Source: Amphiscolops sp. MND2022 (lineage: Eukaryota). From it: DNA of 64,000 nt. The notes below the pieces were generated by a model. It was not told where the DNA came from. It ran no database searches and saw nothing but the letters and a program-made list of their open reading frames with translations. The stretch covers positions 78,804,001 to 78,868,000 of the forward strand of contig OZ076409.1 of assembly GCA_964187785.1 (NCBI GenBank), given 5' to 3'. The translations under genes were made by a program, and so were the position numbers. This document shows positions 41,592 to 54,039 of this stretch, piece by piece. How positions within the stretch are numbered: position 1 is the first letter of the stretch; every line of letters begins with the position of its first letter.

Positions 41592-42305
41592 ACCAATAAG
41601 AACAAAGCGATGGTAAGAATTGTAACGATAAGCGCTGGCGCTTGAACCGCAACTTAGAATGGAGGAACCAAAGCAGCGAATAGGATCCGGGACCTAGATC
41701 TCCGCGGCCCTGGCTCAGTTTCCCTCCGAAGGAGCCAGTCCCAAGGTGGGGGAACCGTCTTGTAGGACGCTCTCTGGCCTGGTCCCAGGCAAAGGGCCGA
41801 GACGGATGCCCGTTATTCTCAGCAGTTACAGACTGGGACCAGGTCAGAGAGCGTCCTACAAGACGGTTCCCCCACCTTGGGACTGGCTCCTTCGGAGGGA
41901 AACTGAGCCAGAGCCGCGGAGATCTAGGTCCCGGATCCTATTCGCTGCTTTGGTTCCTCCATTCTAAGTTGCGGTTCAAGCGCCAGCGCTTATCGTTACA
42001 ATTCTTACAATCGCTTTGTTCTTATTGGTGCTGAGAATAACGGGCATCCGTCTCGGCCCTTTGCCTGGGACCAGGCCAGAGAGCGTCCTACAAGACGGTT
42101 CCCCCACCTTGGGACTGGCTCCTTCGAAGGGAAACTGAGCCAGGTCCGCGGAGATCTAGGTCCCGGATCCTATTCGCTGCTTTGGTTCCTCCATTCTAAG
42201 TTGCGGTTCAAGCGCCAGCGCTTATCGTTACAATTCTTACCATCGCTTTGTTCTTATTGGTGCTGAGAATAACGGGCATCCGTCTCGGCCCTTTGCCTGG
42301 GACCA
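41592..42305. repeat. 232-bp GC-rich monomer: one inverted copy (41592-41824), 8-nt spacer, tandem dimer (41833-42305), circularly permuted
   Basis: gggacc anchors at 41835, 42067 and 42299 (period 232). The inverted copy is one unit long but opened at a different point. Only ~5 differences among the copies. Confidence 0.95.
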
Positions 42306-42611
42306 CATTAGACAGCCTTTAAAAACAATGCCAAGAATAAACAGTGTAAATTTCCATCTTCCATCTGATATCGGAATAATATCTAAAATGGGGAATAAGA
42401 TCTAAAATTGCACAAACTAGCGCTAGCGCTAGTTCAAACGGCTAAATCCAGCAAAAATACATCAAAGCACACATCGGTATGGCAAACCACACAGCTAAAA
42501 AGCTGGGGCGCAGGGGCTCCAAGCACCAAACAAGGACAATTAAGCGAAAAGACTCATTTTACCGGTTTCTGCTACATTGGGTAGCATAATGCTGAAAATC
42601 GATAAAACCGG

Positions 42612-43370
42612 TGTTAGCACCTCAAAAGAGTCTATTTTCGGATGTTCTTGCCGTCTCTGGCTTCTGTCATGGCGGCGCGCCCGTGTTTTTGCTCGTTCTT
42701 GCTCTTTGTTGTCGAAGTACCTGCCAATTTCGTGGAAACAGCGAAAAGAGCAATCACATGCTCAGTGCCACGTCACACATCGGATTAGAATTTTTGACAA
42801 AATTTCTGAACATGTCAAAGTTGCAAAATCGGTTGATATTGCTGTACCAGAGCTTGCCGTTACAAATTGAGTCTTACCATCGATCTGGTGAGGGGGGCCA
42901 CCGATTAACACACTACATCGCTATAGTTACACTGTACAAGTACCTATATTACCTGCTCAAAAACGTATTCAATCGCTAGACCTTAACTACATTCTCTCGC
43001 AATTCAACTCTTTTCCAACATTCCTACTTTTCCTTGCATATGAGTATTGAGACAGTTAAAGTACTTAGAAGCGGCAAAGTATTAACTAATTCATCACCTC
43101 ATTCCCCCATTAAAAGTACAAATCTTAGTTCTAACTCAAACATGGAATCTTCTAGTAATTCCGCAGATGAAATAAATCGATCTGGTAGAAATTCGCCAAC
43201 TAACGAAAATTCTGCACAAAGTGAAAATGAAGAAAGGTTTAACCGCTTACATGACGAAATGTCGATGTTAAAAGCTATGATGGAGAAGATCATAAGCCAG
43301 AACGAAGAACGAGATAAGCAAAATGGTGGTTCCACCGCGACGTCGTCCTACGCTGTAGGGACCTCCAACA
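42612..43370 (+). mobile_element. Solo or truncated LTR carrying the start of a gag-like ORF (MSIETVKVLRSGKVL...)
   Basis: LRSGK N-terminal motif typical of Gypsy gag, plus a coiled-coil; segment ends ...TCCAACA. Left boundary uncertain and no TSD found. Confidence 0.45.
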
Positions 43371-44657
43371 CTGAGCAAACTAGTCAAGCAAATAAGGTTT
43401 TAAAATGGCCAACTCTTGATTGAAAACATAATAAGCAGTGCCAGGTCGAGCCGCCAAAATGTCACGGTTTGGTAGGTCAAAGTGTCAAAGGTCGAAAATT
43501 CAGAATACAATTTGTTCCTTCGATTGTTTGCTCGCTGTTCATAACTCACGTGAGATGGTTTTCTGGTGCGGTATACCTTGAGAATGGAAACACTTTTTAT
43601 TGACGCTTCTTACTTTTCTTCATAAGAGCTTTTTCCTGGTTTCAAAGTTATATTGTCATAGTGCACTCCAAAAATGATTGAAAGCAGGAAAACAGGAAAT
43701 AACATTTAATACAATTGAAGGAGAGAAGATAATTTCATCAGATTACTTTTTGGGCTTAAGAAAAAGACTTTCGAATAATTTCCTTTTCGACAATTTAATG
43801 ACATAAACTTTTCAATTTTCCAACATTATTTCAAACCTGCTTGAGTGAACAAGCTTTGTTATTTTCGACATATAGGAAAAATTCAAAAACAAAAAATTGG
43901 TACCTTCATAGAAATGTTTCCGACGAACATCAAAAGTCGGGCAGTATTATGAAAAGAAAATTGAAAGATCATTGAACACCAGTAAAGAATATAATCTATA
44001 GAAATTAAACACTTGACTCAAGTAGAAAACGACCGCTCCAAAATACGGCCTTTTTGTTGAATGGAAAATAGCAGTTATTGTTTGTACCATCAGGAACGTT
44101 TAATTGTGTTCAACTAGATGCGGCTTAACAAATGCCGTGAAAAAGAAGAACATCTGTTTCTGTGTATGGGAGTCTGCTCAGAGAAAAGATCAAAGATACT
44201 TTTTCAAGACTGGATGCAAGGTCCACTTTAACATGTCTATGTAAACTGAGAAGGTTAGACGGCCGAGCGAACATGCAATGCAGTAAATTGTAATTCAAGG
44301 TTTTCAGAAGTCTAATAACTAAATATTTAACGCTCAATGCAATTAGATAAAGAGCCTTCCCTAGTCGAGATTGCTTGAAGTTCTTACATGCTGCATGGAA
44401 ACATGCAGGCTAATTTTTTTACAAAACATAAAAAAAACTCCGGGAGCCTGCATGGAAACATTTTGTAGGATTACAATGCAGCTTCCACTATTTGAATTAA
44501 AACTGAAAACATTTCCATTGCTTCACCGCTGCGATCACTTTGTTTTCACCAGTAAGTTTCTCAGGTAAGTACAATAGTGTAAGACACGAACTGAACCCTT
44601 ATTTGTAAGAAATAATTTGGACTGCATGTAAACAAAGCTAGCATTTTACATGGTAAT

Positions 44658-47600
44658 TGTATAATGTCGCAAACTCTATTATAACAGATCGTAAAATGTA
44701 TAGATGTATTTTTAAAGTGTCATTTTATTTCAGAGGATCGTTGTATGAAATAAATGTTTTATTAACACTGTTTCTACAAATGGAGGTTTCTAGATGATCC
44801 TCTATTCTCAGTAAGTGGACGAGCAACTTCTGCAATCTACAAAGATCCTGCAAACAAGGAACATCTACCCTTTTCCCGTTAGTTCGTTCCTTTGCATCTT
44901 ATTCCTAACAAAGCCTGAACTGGATCCGAGCTACGATTGTATCGCTCATGAATATCACCTTGTAGTATCACATGTCGTGTGCTTCAAGCGTATTCTTCTC
45001 ATCTGTCCTTAAAGTATCACGTATCGTGTACTTTAAACCCGTTCTGTATCTACCTTGGTAGCATCACGTATCGTGTGCTCCAAGCAGAAAATAAACCGGT
45101 GAACGTGTCCGCCAGCCATGGTGGTGCTCAATTGCCCCATTGAAGGATGTACCTACGCCACGGGGGGTATTGAAGCGACTCAAGCCATCGCACTTTTCAC
45201 GGTGCACGGGTATTCACATGCCCCCGGCGCCTGTCAACAGGCCAAACCCGACAAATTGTCTCTCCCAAAAGTGTCTAAAGAGAGTACGAGTGAAGACTGG
45301 GAGTACTTCATCACCAGGTGGGACGCCTACAAGACAGCCACACGCATAGCCGACCATGATGCCACCTTACAGCTCCTCGAAAGTTGTGAAGACAGTCTAC
45401 GCAAGGACCTCCACCGCTCCCACTCAAACATCGCCATGGCAACCGAGTTAGACGCTCTGACAGCAATCAAGACTCTAGCCGTGAAGGCTGAGAACGCCAT
45501 GGTGAGCAGGATGACTCTCCTGACAATGACACAGGACAGAGAGGAGGGTGTTAGGAGTTTTGCCGCTCGCTTATGAGGTCAAGCTAAGATCTGCAAGTTC
45601 TCGAAAAACTGCTCTCACAACCCATTTGAAGCAGTTAATTACACCGACGACATGGTCTGTGACGCTCTCATTAGAGGACTTGGCGACAGCGACATCCAGC
45701 AAGATGTACTGGGACATAACGACCAAGACATGACCCTGGAGGACACGATCAAGTTTATAGAGGCCAAAGAAGCTGGTAAACGATCACAAGCAACTCTCCA
45801 GGACCCGAGTGCTGCGACAGTATCCTCGTATAAACAGACGGACAAAGACCAACACGTAGTCAAATGCCGAAATGGTCGAAAACCAGGCCATGGTGATGGC
45901 CGCGATACACAGGCTAAGAAGGAGAAATGCAAGGCCTGGGACAAAATTTGTTCAAAGTGTGACAAAAGGAACCACTTCGCCAACGTCTGTAGGTCTAAAC
46001 CCAAAAAGATCGGTGGAAACACAACGAAAGATGTGGATGAATCCAACACTGTCTTTCACAAAATGTGCAACATCTCGGTAGCCTGCAGGGTCATCTCTCA
46101 TAAAACCGGTCAACAGGCGGTCGTCCTTGACCACCACATTTTCGACGACAGAAACGGCTGGATCACAAGACGGTCGCCGCCACAACCGACAGTTTTTCTC
46201 ACCGCCCGCGCTCATACAAAAGACTATGAGAAGCTGGGGTACCGCCTTCACACAAGGACACGCCAGATTACGATAGCCATGACGGCTGATACTGATTGTC
46301 AATCTGTCTTAGTTGGGATCAAAATCATCCACATACTGGGTTTCAAAAAATCGCACCTCATACCCGTGAAAACAAAAATGTCGGCGTTGAATCGTGATGT
46401 CATCCTAATTCTAGGGGCTGTTATCCTACGACTGTCCGCAAAGTCGGGGTCTGGGAAAGTAATCGAGACAGCACAAATATGCTATGTGACCGACGTTATA
46501 GAAGGTGCATATTTGAGTCGGGAAGCCTGTAAAACACTGGGAATTACCCCAAGCGACTTCCCGCGAATCGGATCTGCCACTCAGCAACCCATGTCAGTCA
46601 GTTCAGCTGCAGCAAGCCCACGTGACTAGGAGTGCGACTGCTCCTGCCCCATACGCACCAAGCCGTCACCGTTACCAACTGCTATACCAATCCCAGCAAC
46701 GGACGCCAACCGTACCGCTCTCCAGAATTGGATACTAGACAGATACCGATCCAGCACTTTCAACACTTGCGAATGCCAAACACTCCCTCTGATGGAGGGC
46801 CCGCCGTTGGAACTCCATGTCGACCCCGAAACCAAGCCGATCGCAGTCGACAAAGCCATTCCAGTCTCTCTACACTGGCAACGGGAAGTGAAGGAGTCTA
46901 TCGACAGAGATGTCAAACTCGGGGTCCTGGAGGCTGTCCCAGTTGGAGAACCGGTTACCTGGTGCCATCGAATGGTCATGGCTTGGAAGAAAAACGGCAA
47001 ACCACGACGCACAGTGGACATACAGGTGCTCAACAAACATGCTGTTCGTGAAACACATCAGACCCAATCCCCGTTTCACCAAGCAACGCTGGTACCTGCA
47101 GGGACCAAGAAGACAATTACTGATGCTTGGAACGGGTATCACAGTGTACCAATCCGAGAAGAAGATCGCCACCTCACCACGTTCATCACGCCATGGGGTC
47201 GGTACCGATACAAAACTTGTCCACAGGACTACGCTGCTTCACAAGACAATTACACCAGAAGATTCGACGAGATTGTCAATGACTTCCCCAACAAAACCAA
47301 ATGCATCGATGACACATGCTTATGGGCAGACACTCTCGAAGAAAGCTTGTTTCAAACACGTCGTTGGCTAGACATCTGCGGTCGACACGAAATTGTTCAG
47401 AATCCCAAAAAGTTTGTATTTGGCTCCGACACGGTGGAATTTGCTGGTTTCGTCATCACTCCGACCGATATCCAGCCCAGTGACAAACATATCCGCGCAA
47501 TCCAAGACTTTCGTACGCCAAAAAACATCACTGATATCCGATCTTGGTTTGGCCTCATCAACCAAGTATCGTACTGTGACTCCCTCCGCAACGACATGGC

Positions 47601-49188
47601 GCCTTTCCGCAAGCATCTCAAGCCGTCGTCAACGTTCTATTGGGATGATCAGCTGCAACAAGTTTTTGAGCAATCAAAGGCTGCTATACTGGACAAAATC
47701 ACCGAGGGTGTCCGGATATTCGACTCCAAACGTGTCACATGTCTCGCCACAGATTGGTCCAAGATAGGCATCGGTTTTTGGCTTTTGCAGAAGTACTGCA
47801 CCTGTGAGGTCATCACTCCTGTCTGTTGCTCAACGGGATGGAAAATAGTGTTCGCTGGTAGCAGGTTCACACACCCAGCAGAATCAGGATATGCTCCTAT
47901 TGGAGGGGAAGCATTAGCTGTGGTTTATGGACTGGAGTCCGCCCGTCACGTCGTACTCGGTTGCGACAACTTAGTAGTAGCTACCGACCACAAGCCGCTA
48001 CTCGGGGTCCTTAGAACAACCGACACCTCGGCGATATCAAGAATGAAAGACTACTATCACTCAAGGAGAAGACGCTGCCATATCGTTTCTCTCAAATCCA
48101 TATACCCGGACAGAAACAAAAGGCGCCGGATGCAAACTCGAGGAAACCCACTGGTGATGCAAAAAAAAACTTCCCTTGGATAGTGATTTCGAGGAGTCGG
48201 ACTCCATGGCTTGTATTGAACCGCGTCTCCGTCTTCCTGAGGCTACCATGACGTGGGAACCCGACACATCAGCTGATCTGGAAGAAAACTTTGCAGTTGC
48301 TGCGGCCACCAATCTCGGCGACATTCGCGCTGTTACATGGGCGGAGGTCCGAGAACACACCCTACGCGAAGAAAATCTACAAAATCTCCAAAAAAAGATG
48401 GAAGACGGTTTCCATGGCATTACCTCACGATTGGATCTTGCCCCGGGTATACGAGAATTCTTCCAATTCAAGGATGGATTCAGCACAGTGGATGGAGTGA
48501 TTTTATACAACAACAGGACTGTTATCCCATCACCACTAAGAGCACTAATCCTAGGCACACTGCATTCTGCTCATCAAGGTGTCTCCTGCATGACGTCCAG
48601 GGCTGAATCTAGTGTCTTTTGACCAGGCATTGCGCCGGCTATTGCAAACTTGAGAGCGTGCGCCTGGTCAACCATATGGCCCTCCGCTTGCAGCTCAGGA
48701 ACCAGTTTAGCCCTTCCAGTGCATCTGTGCGGATTACTTCAAATAAGAGGGCTGCAATTACGTGGTGGTTGTGGACCGCTATTCTGGTTGGCATGCATTG
48801 CGTGAAGATATCATGCCCCACATCCTTTCTGCTGGATCACCCGAAAAGGAGTCCAGATGTTGTGATCAACTTAATGAAACTGGGTCACCGAACGAGTCAC
48901 CTCTAGAAAAGACCCCCCCCCCGGATAACCCACGGACTCGCCCACGACGCTCCCACAGAGAAAAGCGACCCCCTGTGAGACTTGGGGACAACATTCGATT
49001 GTGACAGTCCTCCCCGATCTACTACGACCAGTTCGGACTGGGGGGGAGGGAAATTTACAATGTCGCAAACTCTTTTATAACAGATCGTAAAATGTATAGA
49101 TGTTTTTTTAAAGTGTCATTTTATTTCAGAGGATCATTGTATGAAATAAATGTTTTATTAACACTGTTTCTACAAATAGAGGTTTCTA
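44658..49188 (+). mobile_element. Ty3/Gypsy LTR retrotransposon, relatively young, integrase deleted, 3' LTR truncated
   Basis: Direct repeats 44658-44792 and 49054-49188 with few mismatches; PPT ggggggagggaaa at 49040-49053. Confidence 0.9.
45118..49004 (+). pseudogene. gag-pol polyprotein (gag CCHC, PR, RT, RNase H, partial integrase)
   Basis: CSKCDKRNHFANVC zinc knuckle; ADTDCQS protease; DAWNGYHSVP, FITPWGRY and CIDD (RT); TDWS..G and VATDHKPL (RNase H); LHSAHQG and VVVDRYSGW (integrase). Stops at 45574 and 46627, plus frameshifts. Confidence 0.9.
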
Positions 49189-50966
49189 TTGTAAGTTCTT
49201 TATTTTACTCACGAATATGAAGAACTAGAAAGACAAAAAGAACGTTTAAGATAATGGGTACAATCGCCTTAATTAGCAGATTCTCCTGATATCAATTTTA
49301 TCAGTAAAAAATGTAACAGAGAAAACATAATCCCCAGTCTTTGCAAAAAATAGCGGTGTCTCACGTACTACGAGAGTAAATAAAATGAAATAATAGAAAA
49401 CCCCATTCAAAAACTACATAATACCAATTACCTTGATGTAAAACAGTTGAATGGCTCCAGTAAATGAAGAAGTACCTGCCAAATGAACAAAAGTTCCAAA
49501 TTAGGTGCCCAATGTTACAAAATTGTCCAAAATGATGTCCCATATGCCAATTCAGTAGTAAATACAATCAATGAAAAATGAAATTAGGAAGTTTCTTCAT
49601 TATTTGCAAACCTACATTTCAAGTGCCCAAGAACACTTTAGAATGTTTGTTTATTTGATTTCCAAATAATTTGGTTGATAGCAGAAATCATAGCTAGTTT
49701 TGTTTTGGTCCAATCTTTTTTTTACAAATAAAGGTTCAGTTCATTTTTTTACACTATTGTACCTTATGTGAGGACCGTTAGTCAAATAGCACGCTGAATA
49801 TGACGCTACTTTGAAACTTATAATGTGACTGAAGGTTATTTGCATAGAAAGCGCGGTAGAATTGATGACGGTCTCAGCTGCTTTCAAAATTAGAACGGCG
49901 TCTTAATGAAACCTGCAAAACCATGCGGCGCAAAATTGCCGCCAAATTTAGGATGCATTTTATAGGCTGCTTGATTAAATTAAATCGAATCAGTGAAGTT
50001 TAAATGCATGGACGTTTCTTTGAGAAATCTATAAAATCATGAAAAATTTGCTTGGTAACCTACAAGAACATGTAAAAAGTTCAAACAGTTCCAACCAGGG
50101 TCTTTTCAGTTTGATTTCCGGAACAATAATGAAACCTAGACATGTTTTAAATTCTCGGCTGCCACAGTGAAACAGTGATTCTCTTTAATAAACTCATTCA
50201 ACACTTTTTAAACTTCTAACAAACTTTTGAAAATTTTTTAAAAAACTAAATGCGGTAAATTTCTAAAAAATAATGCACCAAGCCCCTTGCTGTTCTTCAT
50301 TTTGATGATCCGTTCTGCGTCATGGTATGCATTTTTAAAAGATTCTACAGAATAGTTATGCCTTGCCTTAGTTGAGATGAACATTAACCGTTGCGAGGAT
50401 CTTGCAAGACCTTTGCAGTGAAACGCAAAACTTGGAAAGTCTTCCAAATTAATTATGTCTTCGTTGCAAGAATCTGGCAAACAAGAAAAAATTTACTTGG
50501 ATTGATCAATTGAAAGATTGGAAGGAGAACGCTCTCTGAAATATCTTGCTTGGAAAACCGCAAAATTGACAGTTTAGAACAATTCTGGTGAGGATTGCAG
50601 TTCTTCTTAACCATACGATGTGAACAAAAATTAAGACTAAAACTTTTTTCGTACCAGCAAGAGATGACAAACGTTTTACCAAGATACTACTAATTCACGA
50701 GAATTACATCTTCTTCTGACAGAAGCACGCTTTAACTTTAAGCTGTTTGGAAGAAACAATACATCGCTGGTTATGAACGTCGTCGCCGTTATGAAAGAAA
50801 ACGCAACATTGGTTGTAATTTTTGTCAATCTTTTTGCAATCCGGTAGAAATGACTAAACAAGTCCTTGTTATTTTTTCACAATTTTTGAAAATACAAAGC
50901 TCTGTGGGTCTTGAATTAAATTGTTATTCTCGAGAAACGAGAAACTTACTATAGAAAATTGAGTAG

Positions 50967-52755
50967 TAAGGCTGTGCGAGTACTAAAATTTCAAGACCGA
51001 GTGGAGTTGGGTCGAGTAAAGGCTAAAAATACCGAGTATCGAGTCGAGTTCGAGTATTTTTTGAAAAATATTATAACTATGTATTTTTCAAAACACTTCT
51101 CAAAAACAAAAGTTCACGCAAAATTTCTGGATGCATTGATTTTCTCCGATTGGTGATTGTGTTCCGGCATTTGACCAATGGCGTTCACTTTGTACTGCAG
51201 TAGCCGGAATGGCAAGTAACATCTGCGCTTTTGGTGCAAGATTGGGGAATAATTTGGCATACTCTCCCCACCAAGTTAGATGCGATTTCTGTCGATCAAT
51301 TGGAGGATCCCGTAAGTATAAACCCCATTGATCATCACAATTTTCACCTTGTTGTATGGGCTCAGGACGAGATCGTTTCGCTTGCTCAACGAAAGACCAG
51401 ACATCCGATGATGTTGTCGCAACCTCTACTACTGAATCTGTCTCTTCACTTGGCTTGTCATTCGATAACGATGACACAAAGTCATTCACTTGCTGCAGCT
51501 CAACGTTCGATATGAGAACATTTTGTAACGTGGATCAAATACCATTACTAACAAACTCACCAGATCCCTAAAGCCTTCATCGTCAACCATAGAAATAGGT
51601 CTCAGATCCACAGATAACATTTTTGTCACAGCTCTGTTCAATGCAAAATGTCGGCCACTGTTTTTATCGTATGCTGTGTTAAAGCCTGTAGATGTAAAAG
51701 GTGTAATTTTGTGCTGATTTTCCCTGCTCTTTGTCTTTTCGGCTTTTTGGGTTCTTTGCTTTTCAATAACAAGCTTGTGAGTTTCAGGGTGTTTATTCTT
51801 TAAGTGATTTAATCGGCGTTTTTAGTCGGCGTTGTCGAAGAAAATCCCGTCTCTTACAGTGGCTAGTTTTTTTTCGTCAGTTCAACGCGAAACGTCCACT
51901 TTTTGTGCATTAATGCACATTTACCAACTTTTACCATATGTACTTAGTACTTCAATTTCAACGCATCCAAAGCCTCTAACATGAGTTAAAAAGCCATTCC
52001 AAAGCAGAAGGGTCCACTCTTTTCGATACTATGAGAATTTCCTCCTTTTATCGGCACTGTGAGACTGATTTTTTCCGAAATTTTTTTTATTGTTCCTCCC
52101 ATCAATTTTCGATATTTTGCAACAGAATGGATGTTCAAAAAATCCCAAAGCGTCCCCTCTTTTACATTTTTCTGCTCTATGCGACTTACCGGAAACTTCA
52201 AAAAAATTTCAAAAAAAATTCGGAATTTTTTTTCTCAATTTTTAGTTTTTTGAGAGCTTTTGTTGTCTCCAGTTGTAGAAAAAGTGGTTTTGTTTTCGAG
52301 TCTTTTTGAGCCTTAGATATGGCGCCGACTTGGGCCGTTCCCGGCTTGTTGTATTTCCATCTTGACACGATAAAACTTGCTTGTAAATATTGCACACGCA
52401 TTTGATTTTGTCTTCGCCTTTGGTAAAAAAAATCCCAAACAGGGCTGCGCACAGACATACTACCTGAAAAATACATATTTGGATAAACTGAATAAATAAA
52501 GAAGAGAGAGTGATTAAGGAATAACAAGTCTAGACAATTGAAATAGTGTTTGTTTTCATTGTTTCATGCTTAAAGATTTACGAATAAAAAGGCGTTAATT
52601 CATTTTACAACTTCAATTAGATTGGACGTGAAACAAATTGAGTGCAGTTGTTAATTACTCGACTCGGGCCGAGTACACAAATTGGACCATTTGATTTTCG
52701 AGTATTACGTAATACCTCGAGTATCGACTCGAGTTCGAGTACTCACACAGCCTTA
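50967..52755 (-). mobile_element. Internally deleted ZBED/Ac-type hAT transposon
   Basis: 18-bp TIR taaggctgtgcgagtact / agtactcacacagcctta (1 mismatch); 8-bp TSD ttgagtag / ttgagtac; subterminal tcgagt repeats. Encodes BED finger (SPVWDFF...CVCNI...NHLKNKHP), DLRPISMVDDEGF and dimerization domain (WW..FPNL..LLAIPATAVQSER). Confidence 0.92.
51819..52350 (+). mobile_element. HINE-like element inserted into the BED finger of the hAT
   Basis: tttttagtcggcg ... ggcgccgacttgggccgttcccggcttgtt. Confidence 0.85.
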
Positions 52756-53163
52756 TTGAGTACGACGAACAAATCATCTCTTTTTGCTCAAATTACAAAT
52801 ACCTAGGAACTATATTCGACGAGAAGCTGAATTTTGATTATCATTTAAAACAAATTATTGAGAAGCTTTGAAAAAAATGCGGAAATGTATGTAATCTTGG
52901 GTATGACACATTGAACCCACTTCAAGTGACAGTTAAGTGCAGTGTATAAGTGTCGTCGATTGCCCAATGATTTGTATCTCTCAGGAATGTACGGACAAAA
53001 AACAATGCTTTTACATGTTTTGCCCTTTGAGAAGAAAATAGTTCACATAGCACTCTGTCTGTTATAGTGATCTATAGTCTTGAGAAAATTGAAGGGCTGC
53101 TGAAAAAACTGTCAACGGAATACATTTGTGTGAGGTTCTGAAATATTCAGTAGGTCAAACGAG

Positions 53164-53701
53164 AACAAAACGGGATCGTCTCAAGTCGGCGCCATATCTA
53201 AGGCTCAAAAATATTCAAAGAACAACTATTGGAAACATTTGGAAAAATTATTTTTTCAAAAAAATTTTTTTGATTTTTTTTTCGAAAAAAAGTATTTTTT
53301 TAGAAAGTCGCACAAAGCCGAAAAACTCTAAAAGAGGCCATTCAGGCTCATTAAACGTTTTTACAAACCGAAAACTTCAAAAAAAATGCAAGGGGTTACC
53401 CTTTGATAGAATCCGAAAATTTTCGCAAAAAAAGTCGCATAGTGCCGAAAAAAAACGAAAAAAATCAAACGAAAGAAAACCTTTGGTCTCGCATCTACTT
53501 TTGGAAGCATAAAAAATTTGTAGTTTAGTGCGAGAATCGAACCCACGATCTCCGACCTTTCAGAAAATTAGTTGAACAAATGAACAAAGATTGTAAGAAA
53601 AGTGGACCATTCAGAGTGAGATTGTAGGCTGAAAAAGAAAAAAAACTACCCACTGTGATAGTCGGGCTTTTTTCCTTAAGAGAAAAGGCGCCGACTAAAA
53701 A
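53164..53701 (-). mobile_element. HINE-like element, complete copy of the subfamily seen at 13645
   Basis: Near-identical to 13645-14120 and retains its own subTIR end (agtcgggc...ggcgccgactaaaa). Confidence 0.85.
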
Positions 53702-54039
53702 TGGAGAAACTTGAATGCCAGGATTAAAAGCAAAAACATACTGGCTTTTCACTTTATTGATATAATCAACGATATAGGGAAACGGAGGATGTTTTCTAGC
53801 AATCATAAAGTGAGCGAGCTGAATGATAAGCCACATTAGGTTCAAGCAAAAAAATAAAGCTTAGTTCAATTTCCAAAACAAGAGTTTTTTTAGACTGATT
53901 TCCTGAAGTTTAATAATCGTAGCAAAAACCTAACAACCACCACCTCACAACTCTCAACAAAACATCAATACTTAATGATTTCTGTTCCAAGTTTTCTGCC
54001 GTTGAAACGCCTTAATACTGAGATATCCTTTTTGGAGTT

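Larger units (their letters stand above)
50250..52900 (+). mobile_element. Highly decayed LINE RT relic interrupted by a hAT element
   Basis: KFLKNNAPSP (LKxxKAPGPD-like) before the hAT; NYKYLGTIFDEKLNFDYHL right after it (~52790). Confidence 0.5.

Noticed and set aside
41592..42305. Spliced-leader RNA gene reading (GCCGAGACGG...AAAGCGATG|GTAAGAA resembles flatworm SL ends), or a canonical ribozyme
   Set aside because: No U-rich Sm site after the donor; hammerhead, HDV, twister and hairpin cores could not be fitted on either strand.
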